A DNA stretch of 64,000 nt from Mustelus asterias (lineage: Eukaryota): positions 24,366,001 to 24,430,000 of the forward strand of contig NC_135808.1 of assembly GCF_964213995.1 (NCBI RefSeq), in the 5' to 3' direction. Position numbers and translations under genes: made by a program. Each line of letters opens with the position of its first letter. The stretch's first letter is position 1. Under the pieces are notes generated by a model, which was not told the DNA's origin, searched no databases, and worked only from the letters and a program-made list of their open reading frames with translations. Below, piece by piece: positions 38,008 to 50,495 of the stretch.

Positions 38008-39349
38008 TGTCTTTTGCTACCAAATAAACCTGTTGGACTTTAACCTGGTGTTGTTAAACTTCTTACTGTGTTTACCCCAGTCCAACGCCGGCATCTCCAC
38101 ATCAGAATAAACAGCTCAGATCAGAATAGCTTAGAAAGTGCAGCTCCGGATATAGTAATTACTTCCAAACCATCATCACAGTTCCATTTAAACAGAATCA
38201 CAAATGTGGAGCTTGAATCAGTCGGTCGCTGTCACCTTGATGAAATCACATCTTCCCTCATTCTCTCATCCTCTCCTGCTGCTGTTCTGGGGAACTGGTG
38301 TTCCTGGATTACAAACCCCAGAATACACTGGAGGGCACTGGGGATGAGAAAGAAAAACTGAGGCAAAGCCAGCAGAGCTGGAACACACCCAAACAAAAAC
38401 CATCAGACCCCCACAAAAAACAGCAGCAAAATCCATCAGACCTCTCACGCCTAATAATGCAGAAACCTGGAAGAGATACTGAGAGAGGAATACTGGGAAA
38501 GGACAGGGGGCACGACAAAATACTGGCAAGAAAAATCAAGGAAACTCCAAGGATGTTCTTTAAGTACCTGAAGAGAAAAAGATAAGGAAAGAGTAAGGCC
38601 TGGTGGACACCAATAAGATAATCTGTGAGAGAGGAGGGAGAATGTGTTGAGGTTGTGAATAAATACATTGCCACTGTCTTTGGGAAACAGGGAGCAATGC
38701 TGACATTGCAGTTAAAGAAGAAGTGTGTGAATTACTGCATCAGATAAACATTGTAAGAGATGATGTATTCACGGATTTTATAACTTTGAAAGATGGTAAA
38801 TCACCGGGTTAAAAGAAGCAAAGGAGGGAATTGCAGAGGCTCTGATCATCAGAATCATTCCTCCCGGGCTGTAGGAGTGTGGAAGAAGATTAAAGGACTG
38901 CCAACATTACACCATGGATTGAAAAGAGAAGAGGCAATCTGAGTAATTATACACCAGTTAGTGTAACTTCGGCAGTGGGAACATTGTTGGAACCAATTAT
39001 GGGGAACGGTACAAACCTTCATTGAGAAAGGCACAGATTAGTCGAGGAAAGTTAGCGTGGATTTAAGGGGAGCTCATCTCAAGCTTTCTGACTGAAAATT
39101 TGGAAGAGGTGAGAAGGAGGGTTGATGAGGGCAGTGAGGTGGACATGGTCAACATGCATTTTAATAATGCTTTGGACAAGGTCCCACATGGCAGGCTGGT
39201 CAGAAATGTAAAACTCATCGGGATCCAAGAGACATTGACAAATCAGACCCCAAATTAGCTCAGTGGCAGGAAGCAAAGGGGTAAGGGGTTGATTGCGACT
39301 AGAATGATGTCCATGATGTGGAGATGCCGGCGTTGGACTGACCATCACT

Positions 39350-39384
39350 CATCTGACGAAGGAGCAGTTCTCCGAAAGCTCGTG
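39350..39384 (+). ncRNA. Minimal hammerhead ribozyme motif in a ~130-bp Penelope-derived insertion
   Basis: CAU-CUGACGA-A-GGAG-CAGUU-CUCC-GAAA-GCUC-GUG. Confidence 0.7.
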
Positions 39385-40202
39385 ATTCCGAATTGGATTT
39401 TAACCTGATGTTGAGAGACTTCTCAGACCTAAACAAGACTTCTTGTTACCAGTGGGGGTTCCACAGGACCCAGCACTCACACCCTCACTTTTTGTAGTTC
39501 ATGTGAATCATTCAGATTCAAATGCAGCGGGAATGATAAAGAAGTTTACAGAGGTACAAATATTATCAGTGTGGGTGTCAGTGAAGAGGAAAGCTTCAGA
39601 TTGCAGGAAGATAGAGATGGCCTGGGCAGTTGGGAAGAACATTGGAAAATGGAATTCAGTCCGGAGAGGTGATGGATTTCGGGAGGATGAACAAGGCAAA
39701 GGGAATCCCCAATAACTGGGAGGATAATGAGTAATGTGGAGGAACAGAGGGATCCAGGAGTGCGTGTCCACAGGTTGGGAAAGTTTTCAGGACAGGTTAA
39801 TTACATGGTAAAGAAGGTACATAACATGCTTTTCTTTCATCAGTTGAGACAGACAGCAGAATGGTTTTGCTAGAATTGTAACAACACCAGACAGACGACA
39901 GCTGAAGCACTGTCTGAAAGGATGGTAGACGCAGAAACACTCACCACATTGAATCAATTCTTGGACGTCGAGTTGAAGAGCTGTGATCCACAGAGCTACA
40001 GATCGAGTACAGGAGGTGAGATTAAGCGGGAGATTTCTTCATGAACAGGAAGGGATATGATGGGCTGAATGGCCTCACTCTCAATCATAACTATTCTATC
40101 CTTCAACATTCCAACCACACACCACCAGCAAATCCCATCAGACCTCCAAACACCAGCTAAACCCAGCAGACCCCAAACACGAGCAAAACCCATCAGACCA
40201 AG

Positions 40203-41114
40203 ATATGTGGCATGGTGGACAGTGAGGAAGGTTATCTCCAATTGCAGCGTGATCTTGATCAATTGGGCCAGTGGGCTGACGAATGGCAGATGGAGTTTAA
40301 TTTAGACAACTGCGAGGTGATGCATTTTGGTAGATTAAACCAGGGCAGGAGTTACTCAGTTAATGGTCGGGCATTGGGGAGAGTTACAGAACAAAGAGAT
40401 CTCGGGGTACATGTTCATAGCTCCTTGAAAGTGGAGTCACAGGTGGACAGAGCGGTGAAGAAGGCATTCAGCATGCTTGGGTTCATTGGTCAGAACATTG
40501 AATACAGGTGTTGGAACGTCTTGTTGAAGTTGTACAAGGAATTGGGAAGGCCACACTTGGAATGCTGAATGCAATTCTGGTGACCCTATTATAGAAAGGA
40601 TATTATTAAACTAGAAAGAGTGCCGAAAAGATTTACTAGGATGGTACCGGGACTTGATGGATTGAGTTATGAGGAGAGGCTGAATAGACTGGGACTTTTT
40701 TCTCTGGAGTGTAGGAGGCTGAGGGGTGACCTTATAGAGGTCTATAAAATAATGAGGGGCATAGACAAGGTAGATAGTCAATATCTTTTCCCAAAGGTAG
40801 GGGAGTCTAAAACTAGAGGGCATAGGTTTAAGGTGAGAGGGGAGAGATACAAAAGTGTCCAGAGGTGCAATTTTTTTCACACAGAGGGTGGTGAGTGTCT
40901 GGAACAAGCTGCCAGAGATAGTAGTAGAGGCGGGTACAATTTTATCTTTTAAAAAGCATTTAGATAGTTACATGGGTACGACGGGTATAGAGGGATATGG
41001 GCCAAATGCGGGCAATTGGGATTAGTTTAGGGATTTTTTTTAAAAATAAGGGCGGCATGGACAAGTTGGGCCGAAGGGCCTGTTTCCATGCTGTAAACCT
41101 CTATGACTCTATGA
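40203..41114 (+). mobile_element. CR1 LINE 3' fragment inserted into the 28-bp array
   Basis: LQRDLDQLGQWADEWQMEFN and RRLRGDLIEVYK; CTATGACTCTATGA tail. Confidence 0.9.
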
Positions 41115-41580
41115 CCACAAACACCAGCAAAACCCATCAGAGCCCCAAACACCAGCTAAACCCATCAGAGCCCCAAACACCAGCTAAACCCATCACACCC
41201 CCAAACACCAGCAAAACCCATCAGAGCCCCAAACACCAGCTAAACCCAGCAGACCCCCAAACACCAGCGAAACCCATCACACCCCCAAGCACCAGCAAAA
41301 CCCATCAGAGCCCCAAACACCAGCTAAACCCATCAGAGCCCCAAACACCAGCTAAACCCATCACACCCCCAAACACCAGCAAAACCCATCAGAGCCCCAA
41401 ACACCAGCTAAACCCAGCAGACCCCCAAACACCAGCGAAACCCATCACACCCCCAAGCACCAGCAAAACCCATCAGAGCCCCAAACACCAGCTAAACCCA
41501 TCAGAGCCCCAAACACCAGCAAAACCCATCAGAGCCCCAAACACCAGCTAAACCCATCAGAGCCCCAAACACCAGCTTAA
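41115..41580. repeat. 28-bp minisatellite (CAAACACCAGCTAAACCCATCAGAGCCC) with a 168-bp higher-order period
   Basis: About 16 monomers; the 56-aa periodicity of ORF 40997-41551 reflects a 6-monomer block. Paralogous arrays at 12930-13000 and 53380-53715. Confidence 0.9.
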
Positions 41581-41999
41581 CTCCTAAATTCTACTCCACA
41601 CCCCAAACATCCAGCTAATGATCAGAACTCATCACAAAACACGACTAATATTAAATCCTGTGGAAGCTCAGTGACCAACTTCAGGGAAAATCTGGGAGTT
41701 ACAGATTTCTTCAGGAAATTGAGCAGCTGAGAGGAGGCTGTCCAGGCTGAGATGTTTCCGAATGTCTCTAAACGTCAACACCCACAATGTCTCCACCCTC
41801 AGACTGTACAGGAGCAGCCGTCTCCAGAAGGTCAGTCTCAAAGCTCAGCGTTGGATTGGATGAGCTGCTCTTTAGTGACTATACAGCGAGAGACAGACAC
41901 TGAGCTCACATCCCACCCACCAGATTGTACAGTTAAATCCAGCGGGAATATCCCAGTTAGTAGGATCAGCTCCCAATATTTATCAACACAGTTCATACC

Positions 42000-43000
42000 T
42001 CAGGAACGCATGGAGGAGCTGGATGAGGAATCCCCACCGTCAGAAGCTGTTAAAGGAAGAAGAGGTGTTAAAAATTTGTTCATTATCAGAGAGACAGAGG
42101 CAGAGACTGTGGATATGATAAAGAGAGAATGAGAGAGACAAAGACAGACAGACACAGAGGAAGAGGTTCTCACACACCCATACTAACGGCGACACACAGA
42201 AGCCCGCACACCCACACACAAACAGACGATGCACGCACGCGCACACACACACACACTATATCTGAAACAGAATGAACAATGATGTACACAGTTGCACAGG
42301 GACAATGTTTGATGATCAGCTTACTCTTTGCAGGATTGTAGTCACTCTTCCCTCTCCCTGTAAAACATGGAATGTTCAGTGAGTGACGAGACTGAGAGAA
42401 AATCAGAGACAGAGGCTGGAACTCTCGCTCGCACTGAGCCCCGACAACACAATTCTGAACCCTCACTCCCACCCTGATCCTGGACCCTCACTCCCACCCT
42501 GACACAAGACCCTCACTCCCACCCTGACCCTGCACCCTCACTCCCGTCCTGTCCCTAGACCCTCACTCTTTGCTGAGCCCTCACTGATAGCCTGAACTCC
42601 TCATCCAATTTGAGACCCCTCGCACAATTCTCAGACACTCCCCCTTTATCATGAGCCCCTTACTGCCCCCCCCCTCCCCGCCCCCACACCAACCTGAGAC
42701 CCACAGCCTGAGCCACCGCCACCCTGGAATACTCTCCCAGAATCCCTCCCTCCAGTGAGCTGTCATCCGGTGGCTCTGACATCCATCATTATGAAATGAT
42801 TCGAAAGGCTAGTCATGGCACGAATCAATTCCAGCCTCCCGGACTGCCTGGATCCACTACAGTTCACCAACCGCTCTTTTCCCTCCAATTCCTGCCTTTC
42901 TTGTTGTAGATGACGACAGCCACAATGATGAGAGCGATGAGCACGAGGACCCCGACCACAATCCCGACAGTAACAGCAACCTGGGAGCGAGACTTTGGTT
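42000..43000 (-). pseudogene. MHC class I copy C, 3'-only relic: TM exon 42896-43000, cytoplasmic exons 42325-42357 and 42000-42046
   Basis: xPKSRSQVAVTVGIVVGVLVLIALIIVAVVIYNKK / GRGKSDYNPAK / TSDGGDSSSSSSMRS*. The TM donor is GC, not GT, and no leader or alpha1-3 exon was found between 43000 and the next unit. Confidence 0.85.
42761..42872 (+). mobile_element. Short Rex1/Babar-like LINE RT fragment in intron 5 of copy C
   Basis: Translates PVALTSIIMK*FERLVMARINSSLPDCLDPLQF; absent at the paralogous site in D (~58813). Confidence 0.7.
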
Positions 43001-44929
43001 CTGTTAGAGAGAGAGAATCAGAGAGACTGAGTGAATCAGGGAGAGGGAAAAGTGAGATTCAGAGAGAGAATCAGAGAGACTGAGTGAATCAGGGAGGGGG
43101 AAAGTGAGAATCAGAGAGAGAATCAGAGAGACTGTGTGAATCAGGGAGAGGGAAAAGTGAGAATCAGAGTGAAATAGAATGTGAGCGAGTGGGAGAGAAT
43201 GAGAGAGAGGATGAGCAACTCAGAGTGAGGAAGAGAGAGAATGAGAGACAGAAAGATCAGAGAGACAGAATGAGAGAGTGAATCAGAGAGAAAGAAAGAG
43301 AAATGTGAGAGTGAATCAGAGTGAGAGTGAATCAGGAATCACAGGATATGTGACATAGAAAATGGCCTTTCGGCCCATCCAGTTGATGCTGGTATTTATG
43401 TTCCACTTGAGCCTCCTCCCATCATTCCTCATCTAATTCGACCATTTTAACTCTATTCCCTTCTCCCTCATTTGCTTGTCTATCCTCCCCTTAAACTATA
43501 CTGTTCAGTTCAGCCACTCCCTGTGGCAGCGAGCTCCACATTCTCATCACTCTTTGGGTGAAGAGGTTTCTCATGAATTCCCCATTGGGTTTCTTGTATT
43601 GATGGCCACTGGATATGCTCTTCCTACAAGAGAAACACTCTCAATGTGTCCGCCCCATAAAAAAAACTTCCCTAATTTTAAATCCTCGATTAGATCAACC
43701 CTCAGCCTTCTGTTTTCCCGAGAGCAGAGACCCAGCCGGTCAATCCTTCCCTGAGATTTCCACCCACTCATTTCTGGAATCATCTCTGTAAATCTTCTCC
43801 ACACTCTCTCCCCTGACTCTATATTCTTTGTGTGAAATGGTGACCGGAACTGCACACGGTCTTTAAATGTGGTTTAACCAAGGTTTGATACAGGTTTAGC
43901 AATAAAATCCCTGATTTACAATTCTATCCCTCGAGAAATCAAACCTGGTTTTCGATTGTATTTTGTTTATTGTCTAACCTGTAACTCTATGTTTACTGAT
44001 TGGTGTGTTTGTACATCAAGATCCCTTTGTTCCTCAACCCTCCCTATTCATCGTTAACTGAAAAATACCTCATGTTTATCTGTGCTGAACTTTATTTACC
44101 AACTATTTGCTGAAGTTTATTCATGTCCTTTTAATTTATTCCAGTTCTCCTCAATATCAAATAATTCCCCCAATTTGGTGTTATCTGCAAATTAAGAAAT
44201 GGTGTTTTTGATTCCAATATCCAAGTTAGAGAGTGTAAGTTGTGAACAGCGGTGATCCCAGCACTGATCCTTGTGGAACACCATTTACCACTTTCTGTAA
44301 CTCTGAAACACCCTTTCCTCACACTCTCTGCTTTATGGCCCAAAGTCAGCGAGTGATCCATTCTGTCACTCATCCCCTAACTCCACATGCTTTCACCTTG
44401 TCAATCAGTCCATCACGAACCCCCTTTTCTATTACATTAAAAAAATTATATGATATTATATCTATTACATTTTCATTGTCGATTCCCTTTGTTACATCCT
44501 CAAAAAATCTACTAAGTGGAGTAAAACAAGATTTTCCATTTCAAAATCCATGCTGAATATTCATTGTTATAGTATTTGATTCTAGATTTTCATGAATTGT
44601 CTTCGATAGAAGGAATTCCATTATTTTTCTGAATACTGATCTTAATCTGACTGAAGTAAACTTCCAGGATGCACTGGGTCCGGTCCTACTGTAATATTTG
44701 ATTTGATTTATTATTGTCACGTGTATTGGTACACAGTGAAAAGCATTGTTTCTTGGATACACCAGGCTCTCTCCATCCTCTGATATTCCACGGTGCCCAA
44801 CCTCCTGTAATATCCCAGGATACACCAGGGCCTGACAGGCTGCAAGATGAGGCTGCAATAACCCAGGATTCACTGGGATTTGTCCAGCGAGAATATCTCA
44901 GGATACACCATGATCTGTACTACTGCAAT

Positions 44930-46378
44930 ATGATATGGAGATGCCGGCGTTGGACTGGGATAAACACAGTAAGAAGTCGAACAACACCAGGTTAAAGTCC
45001 AACAGGTTTATTTGGTCGCAAAAGCCACGAGCTTTCGGAACAGGCTGTTCCTTCATCAGGTGGGTGGGAGTTCTGATCACAAACAGGACACAAAGACACA
45101 AACTCAATTTACATGAATAATGATTGGAATGTGAGCCTTTACAACTAATCAAATCTTAAAGATACAGACAATGTGAGTGGAGGGAGCATTAAGCACAGGT
45201 TAAAGAGATGTGTACTGTCTTCAGACAGGACAGCAAGTGAGATTTTGCACATCCAGGCAAGTTGTGGGGGTTACAGATAGTGTGACATAAACCCAATATC
45301 CCAGTTGAGGCCATCCTCATGTGTGCGGAACCTGGCTATCAGTCTCTGCTCAGCGACTCTGCGCTGTCGTGTGTCGCGAAGGCCGCCTTGGAGAACGCTT
45401 ACCCGGAGATCAGAGGCTGAATGCCCGTGACCGCTGACGTGCTCCCCAACAGGAAAAGAACACTCTTGCCTGGTGATTGTCGAGCGGTGTTCATTCATTC
45501 ATTGTCGTAGCGTCTGCATGGTTTCCCCAATGTACCATGCCTCAGGACATCCTTTCCTGCAGCGTAACAGATGGACAACGTTGGCCGAGTTGCAAGAGTA
45601 TGTACCGTGTACCTGGTGGATGGTGTTCTCGCGTGAGATGATGGCATCCATGTCGATGATCCGGCACGTCTTGCAGAGGTTGCTGTGGCAGGGTTGTGTG
45701 GTGTCGTGGTCACTGTTCTCCTGAAGGCTGGGTAGTTTGCTGCGGACAACGGTCTGTTTGAGGTTGTGCGGTTGTTTGAAGGCAAAATGTGGGGATATGG
45801 GGATGGCCTTGGCGAGATGTTCGTCTTCATCAATGACATGTTGAAGGCTCCGGAGAAGATATCATAGCTTTTCCGCTCCGGGGAAGTACTGGACGATGAA
45901 GGGTACTCTGTCCAGCGTGTCCCGTGTTTGTCTTCTGAGGAGGTCGGTGCGGTTTTTGGCTGTGGCGCGTCGGAACTGTCGATCGATGAGTCAAGCGCCA
46001 TATCCTGTTCTTATGAGGGCATCTTTCAGCGTCTGGAGGTGTCTGTTGCGATCCTCCTCACCCGAGCAGATCCTGTGTATTCGGAGGGCTTGTCCGTAGG
46101 GGATGGCTTCTTTAACATGTTTAGGATGGAAGCTGGAGAAGTGGAGCATCGTGAGGTTATCCGTGGGCTTGCGGTACAGTGAGGTGCTGAGGTGACCGTC
46201 CTGAACGGAGATGCGTGTGTCCAAGAATGCAACCGATTCCGGAGCGTAGTCAATGGTGAGTCTGATGGTGGGATGGAACTTTTTGATGTCATCATAGAGT
46301 TGTTTCAGTGATTGTTCACCATGAGTACAAAGGAAGAAAATGTCATCGATGCTTTACACTAGATACATCGATGACATT
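44930..46378 (-). mobile_element. Penelope-like retroelement, 3' part (RT C-terminus, GIY-YIG endonuclease, pLTR)
   Basis: FLDTRISVQDGHLSTSLYRKPTD...IPYGQALRIHRICS, then CPEAWYIGETMQTLRQRMNEHRSTI...HEDGLN. Confidence 0.9.
45026..45062 (-). ncRNA. Minimal type I hammerhead ribozyme motif (best-conserved copy)
   Basis: CAC-CUGAUGA-A-GGAACA-GCC-UGUUCC-GAAA-GCUC-GUG; putative CUC cleavage triplet. Confidence 0.75.
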
Positions 46379-46389
46379 CTATTCCTTTG

Positions 46390-47600
46390 GACTCATCGAG
46401 TATTTGGAAGGTGCTGCCTAAGGAACCTTGATGAGTTCCTGCAATTATCTTGTAGATGCCTCACGTGGCCCTCACTATACCGGTGGGAGAGGAACTGAAT
46501 GTTTGTGGAAGGGGTGTCGATCAAGCAGACTGCTTTGTCCTGGAGCTTCTTGAGTGTTGTTGGACCGGCGCTCATCCAGGCAATTGGAGAGTATTCCATC
46601 ACATTCCTGACTTGTTCCTTGTAGAGCATGCACACGTTGTTGGGAGTCAGGAGCTTGAGTTGTTCACCTCTGACCTGCTCTGGCAGTGACAGTATTTATA
46701 TGTCTAGTCCAGTTCAGTTTCTGATCAGTGGTAACTCCCAGGATGTTGATAGTGGGGGATTAAGTGATGGTTGAATGTCAAGGGATGATGGTTAGATCCT
46801 CTCTTGCTGGAGATGGGTCATTGCCTGGCACTTGTGTGGCACCAATGTTACTTGCCAATTGTCAGCCCAAGCCAGGGTATTGTCCAGGTCTTGCTGCATT
46901 TGGACATGGATTGCTTCAGTATCTGGTGACTCAAGAAAAGTGAACATTCCCACTTCTGACCTTAAGATGGAAGGAAGGTCATTGATGAAGGTCATTGACA
47001 AAGCAGCTGATGATGGTAGGGCCTGGGACACTATTCTGAGGAACTCCTGTACTGATGTCCTGGAGCTGAGATGATTGACATGGAATCACCAGAAAAATTT
47101 TCCTTTGAGCTCGGTATGAATCCAATCAGCAGAGAGTTTTCCGCCTGATTCCCAATGATTCCAATTTTGCTGGGGCTGCTTGAAGTCACAATCCATCAAA
47201 TGCTGCCTTGATGTCAAGGGAGGTTATTCTTACCTCCCCCCTGGAGTTCAGCCCTTTTGTCCATGTTTATTCCTAAGTTCCAGTTGATAGCATTGTTGAT
47301 GACCCCCTCCCATCACTTTACTGATGATCAAGAGTGGAATGAAGTACTATGACTGGAATATGTCAAGGCCGATAGCTTTTGCAGCATCCAGTGCCTTCAG
47401 CCATTTGTTGATATTGTGTGGAGTGAATTGAAGACTGGCTGAAGATTGGTATCTGCTGGGGCTTCTGGAGGAGGCCAAGATGGATAATTTACTCAGCAAC
47501 TCTGGCTGAAGATTGTTACAAACACTGATCTTTTGCACTGATGTACTGGATTCCCCAGTCATTGAGGATGGGGATATTTGTGAGTCTTTTCCTCCACCAC
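46390..47600 (-). mobile_element. Decayed CR1/L2-group LINE
   Basis: QMQQDLDNTLAWADNWQVT and MEYSPIAWMSA; same family as 1075-2045. Confidence 0.75.
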
Positions 47601-47614
47601 TATTTGGTGGATTT

Positions 47615-48305
47615 TGTTTTCATGCATTTTGAAGGATCAAATTTAGGTGTAAATTATACTGTAAATGGCAGAACCCTTCGGAACATTAACATACAGAGGG
47701 ATCTGGGCGTGCAGGTCCACAGTTCTCTAAAGGTGGCAACACAGGAGGGCAAGGTGATTAAGAAGGAATATGGCCTGCTCGCCTTCATCAGCTGGGACAT
47801 TGAGTACAAGAGTTGGGAAATCATGTTGCAGCGATATAAAACCTTGGTTAGGCCGCATTGGGAGCATTGCGTGCTGTTCTGGTCACCGCACTACCAGAAG
47901 GAAGTCGCAGCTTTGGAGAGAGTGCAAAGAATGTTCACCAGGATGTGGCCTGGTCTTGAGGGTGTTGGCTATGAGGAGAGTTTGAATAAACTATGATGGT
48001 TTTAACTGGCAAGATGGAGGATGAGGGGAGAACTGATAGAGGTCTTCAAAATTATGTGAGGAATAGAGAGGGTGGACAGTCAGAGGCTTTTTCCTCGGGG
48101 GCAAGTGTCAATTACAAGGGGGCAGAGCTTCAAGGTGAGAGGGGGAAGATTTAAGGGAGATGTGCGATTGAAGTGTTTCATGCAGAGAGTTCTGGTGTCT
48201 GGAACGAGCTGCCAGAGGAAGTAGTGGAAGCAAGCACGTTAGCAACATTTAAGAAATATCTGGATGGATACGTGAACAGGAACAGGAAGATATGGTCTGA
48301 GTAAA
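47615..48305 (+). mobile_element. CR1 LINE 3' fragment
   Basis: QRDLGVQVHSSLK...LVRPHWEHCVLFWSP...LERVQRMFTRM. Confidence 0.85.
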
Positions 48306-48365
48306 GGAAGAGGGATATAGGCCATGAGGTTACAGATTGTGGCTGAGTACAATTCTGCTGCTGCT

Positions 48366-48712
48366 GATCATAGATCATAGAAACCCTACAGCACAGAAAG
48401 AGGCCATTCGGCCCATCGAGTCTGCACCGACCACAATCCCACCCAGGCCCCACCCCCACATCCCTATATATTTACCCACTAATCCCTCTAACCTACGCAT
48501 CCCAGGACACTAAGGGCAATTTTAGCATGACCAATCAACCGAACCCGCACATCTTTGGACTGTGGGAGGAAACCGGAGCACCCGGAGGAAACCCACGCAG
48601 ACACGAGGAGAATGTGCAAACTCCACACAGAAAGCGACCCAAGCCGGGAATCGAACCCAGGTCCCTGGAGCTGTGAAGCAGCAGTGCTAACCACTGTGTT
48701 ACCGTGCCACCC
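48366..48712 (-). mobile_element. Full-length V-domain SINE
   Basis: Near-identical to the inner SINE at 20395-20735. Confidence 0.9.
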
Positions 48713-48744
48713 AGAACACCTTCTGGATGCCCAGTCTGGAGTTG

Positions 48745-49335
48745 CTCTCTCTTTACTGCCCCTCTAACAGTGCAGCAATCCCCAAGAACTGCCCCTCTGG
48801 CAGGGCAGCTCTCCCTCAGTACTGACCCTGGCACAGTGCAGCATTTCTACATTACTGACCCTGGCACAGTGCAGTGTTACCACAGTACTGACCCTCTGGC
48901 AGTGCAACGTTCCATCTCAGCTGATCCTCGACAGTGCAGCTCTCCCTCTGTAGTGCCCCTCCGGCAATGCAGCTCTCACTCAGTACTGCTTCGCCGACAG
49001 TACGGCGGCCCGAGTACTGACTCCCGCATAGTGCAGAACTCCCGAAGTAATGATCCTCGGACAGTTCAGTACTGCCCCTCGGATAGTGCAGCACTCCCTC
49101 AGTACTAACCCTTGGACAGTGCAGTGCTCTCTCAGTGCTGATGTTTGCACAGTGCAGAACTCCCTCAGCGATGACCCTCTGACAATGAACCACTCCCACA
49201 CTACTGACCCTCGGACAGTGCAGCACTCCCTCAATACTGACCTTCAGTCAACGTGGCACTCCCAGAGCAGTGACCCTCAAAGTGCAGCACTCCCTTAGTA
49301 CTGATGCTCTGACAGTTGAGTACTCCCTCAATACT
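48745..49335. repeat. Degenerate ~32-bp satellite (CAGTACTGACCCTCTGACAGTGCAGCACTCCCT)
   Basis: Recurrent ACTGACCCT...ACAGTGCAG pattern. Confidence 0.75.
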
Positions 49336-49337
49336 TT

Positions 49338-50495
49338 TAACGTGAACCCCCTATTCAAAAAGGGAGAGAGGCAAAAAGTAGGAAACTATAAGCCGGTTAA
49401 CTTGACCTCTGTGGTGGGGAAGTTGCTGAAATTAATCATTGCGGAGGAGGTGACTGAACATTTGGAAAAACAAAGCTCAATCCACCATTGTCAGCATGGT
49501 TTTATGAAGGGAAAGTCATGCTGGACAAGCTTGCTTGAGTGCAGGGAATTCAGATGGTGTTCGTGGAAGTGGAAATGAATAGGGTTGGGAAGCATTTTCC
49601 GATCAGGGCCAGTGTGATCTCCTGGACTCGTTTCGATCGCCTCAGGGGGTCGGAGAGGAATTTCCCAGATTTTTTTTCCCCATATTGGCCCTGGGGTTTT
49701 CCCTCTGGGTTTTCGCCTCTCCCAGGAGATCACATGGTCTGGAATGGGGGGGTGGGGGTGAGCTAATAGGTTGTGATGAACAAAGCATCGTAGCTGTGAG
49801 GGACAGCTCGGTGGATAGGATATAAGTATGTCGATAGGCTGGAAAATTGGGCGGGGATCCTGGATTCAGGATTCAATCCTGGACCGGGGAGCGGCGCGGG
49901 CTTGGAGGGCCGAAGGGCCTGTTCCTGTGCTGTATTGTTCTTTGTTCTTTGTTCTTTGAGAACATAACCAGCAAAGTGGATAACAGGGAAACTGGATATG
50001 GCATATCTTGACTTCCAGAAGGCATTTGCCAAGGTGAAGTATAAAAGACTGATCCAGAAGGTGAGATTGCAGAGGATTGGGGGTAGAGTATTGGATTGGA
50101 TTGAGGATTGGCTGACTGACAGAAAACACAGGGTCGGGATAAATGGGTCCTTCTCTGGCTGGCGAAAAGTAACTCGTGGGGTGCCGCAGGGGTCAGTCCT
50201 CAGACCTCAACTGTTTACAATCTCTATAAATGCAGGGACAGAGTGTAACATAGCAAAATTTTTGGATGATGCTAAAATAGGTGGGAAAGCAGGCAGTGAA
50301 GAGGATATAAGGATTTTACAGATGGATACAGATTGGCTCGGAGAATAGGTCATAATTTGGCAGATGGAGTTTCATTGGGATAAGTGTAAGGCTATCCATT
50401 TTGGCAGACAAAGTAGAAAGGCAAATTATTATCGAAAAGGAAAGCAGATTTAAAATCTGGGCAGAGGGACCTGGGTGTCTTTGTTCATGAATCCC
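49338..50495 (+). mobile_element. CR1 RT fragment with a nested non-coding retroposon (~49541-49955)
   Basis: NYKPVNLTSVVGK...QHGFMKGKSCWTSLLE is interrupted and resumes FFENIT...AYLDFQKAF...GVPQGSVL. Confidence 0.8.

Larger units (their letters stand above)
37061..38103 (+). mobile_element. Internally deleted Penelope-like element with an inverted terminal (pLTR) arrangement
   Basis: 37061-37285 is the reverse complement of ~37840-38067. The interior matches the Penelope RT/GIY-YIG sequence at 45270-46055, and flanking CAGAATAARCAG is duplicated. Confidence 0.85.

Noticed and set aside
40997-41551. Pro/Thr-rich mucin-like ORF (also 23731-24273 and 25224-25646)
   Set aside because: Translation of minisatellites; no splice or signal-peptide support.
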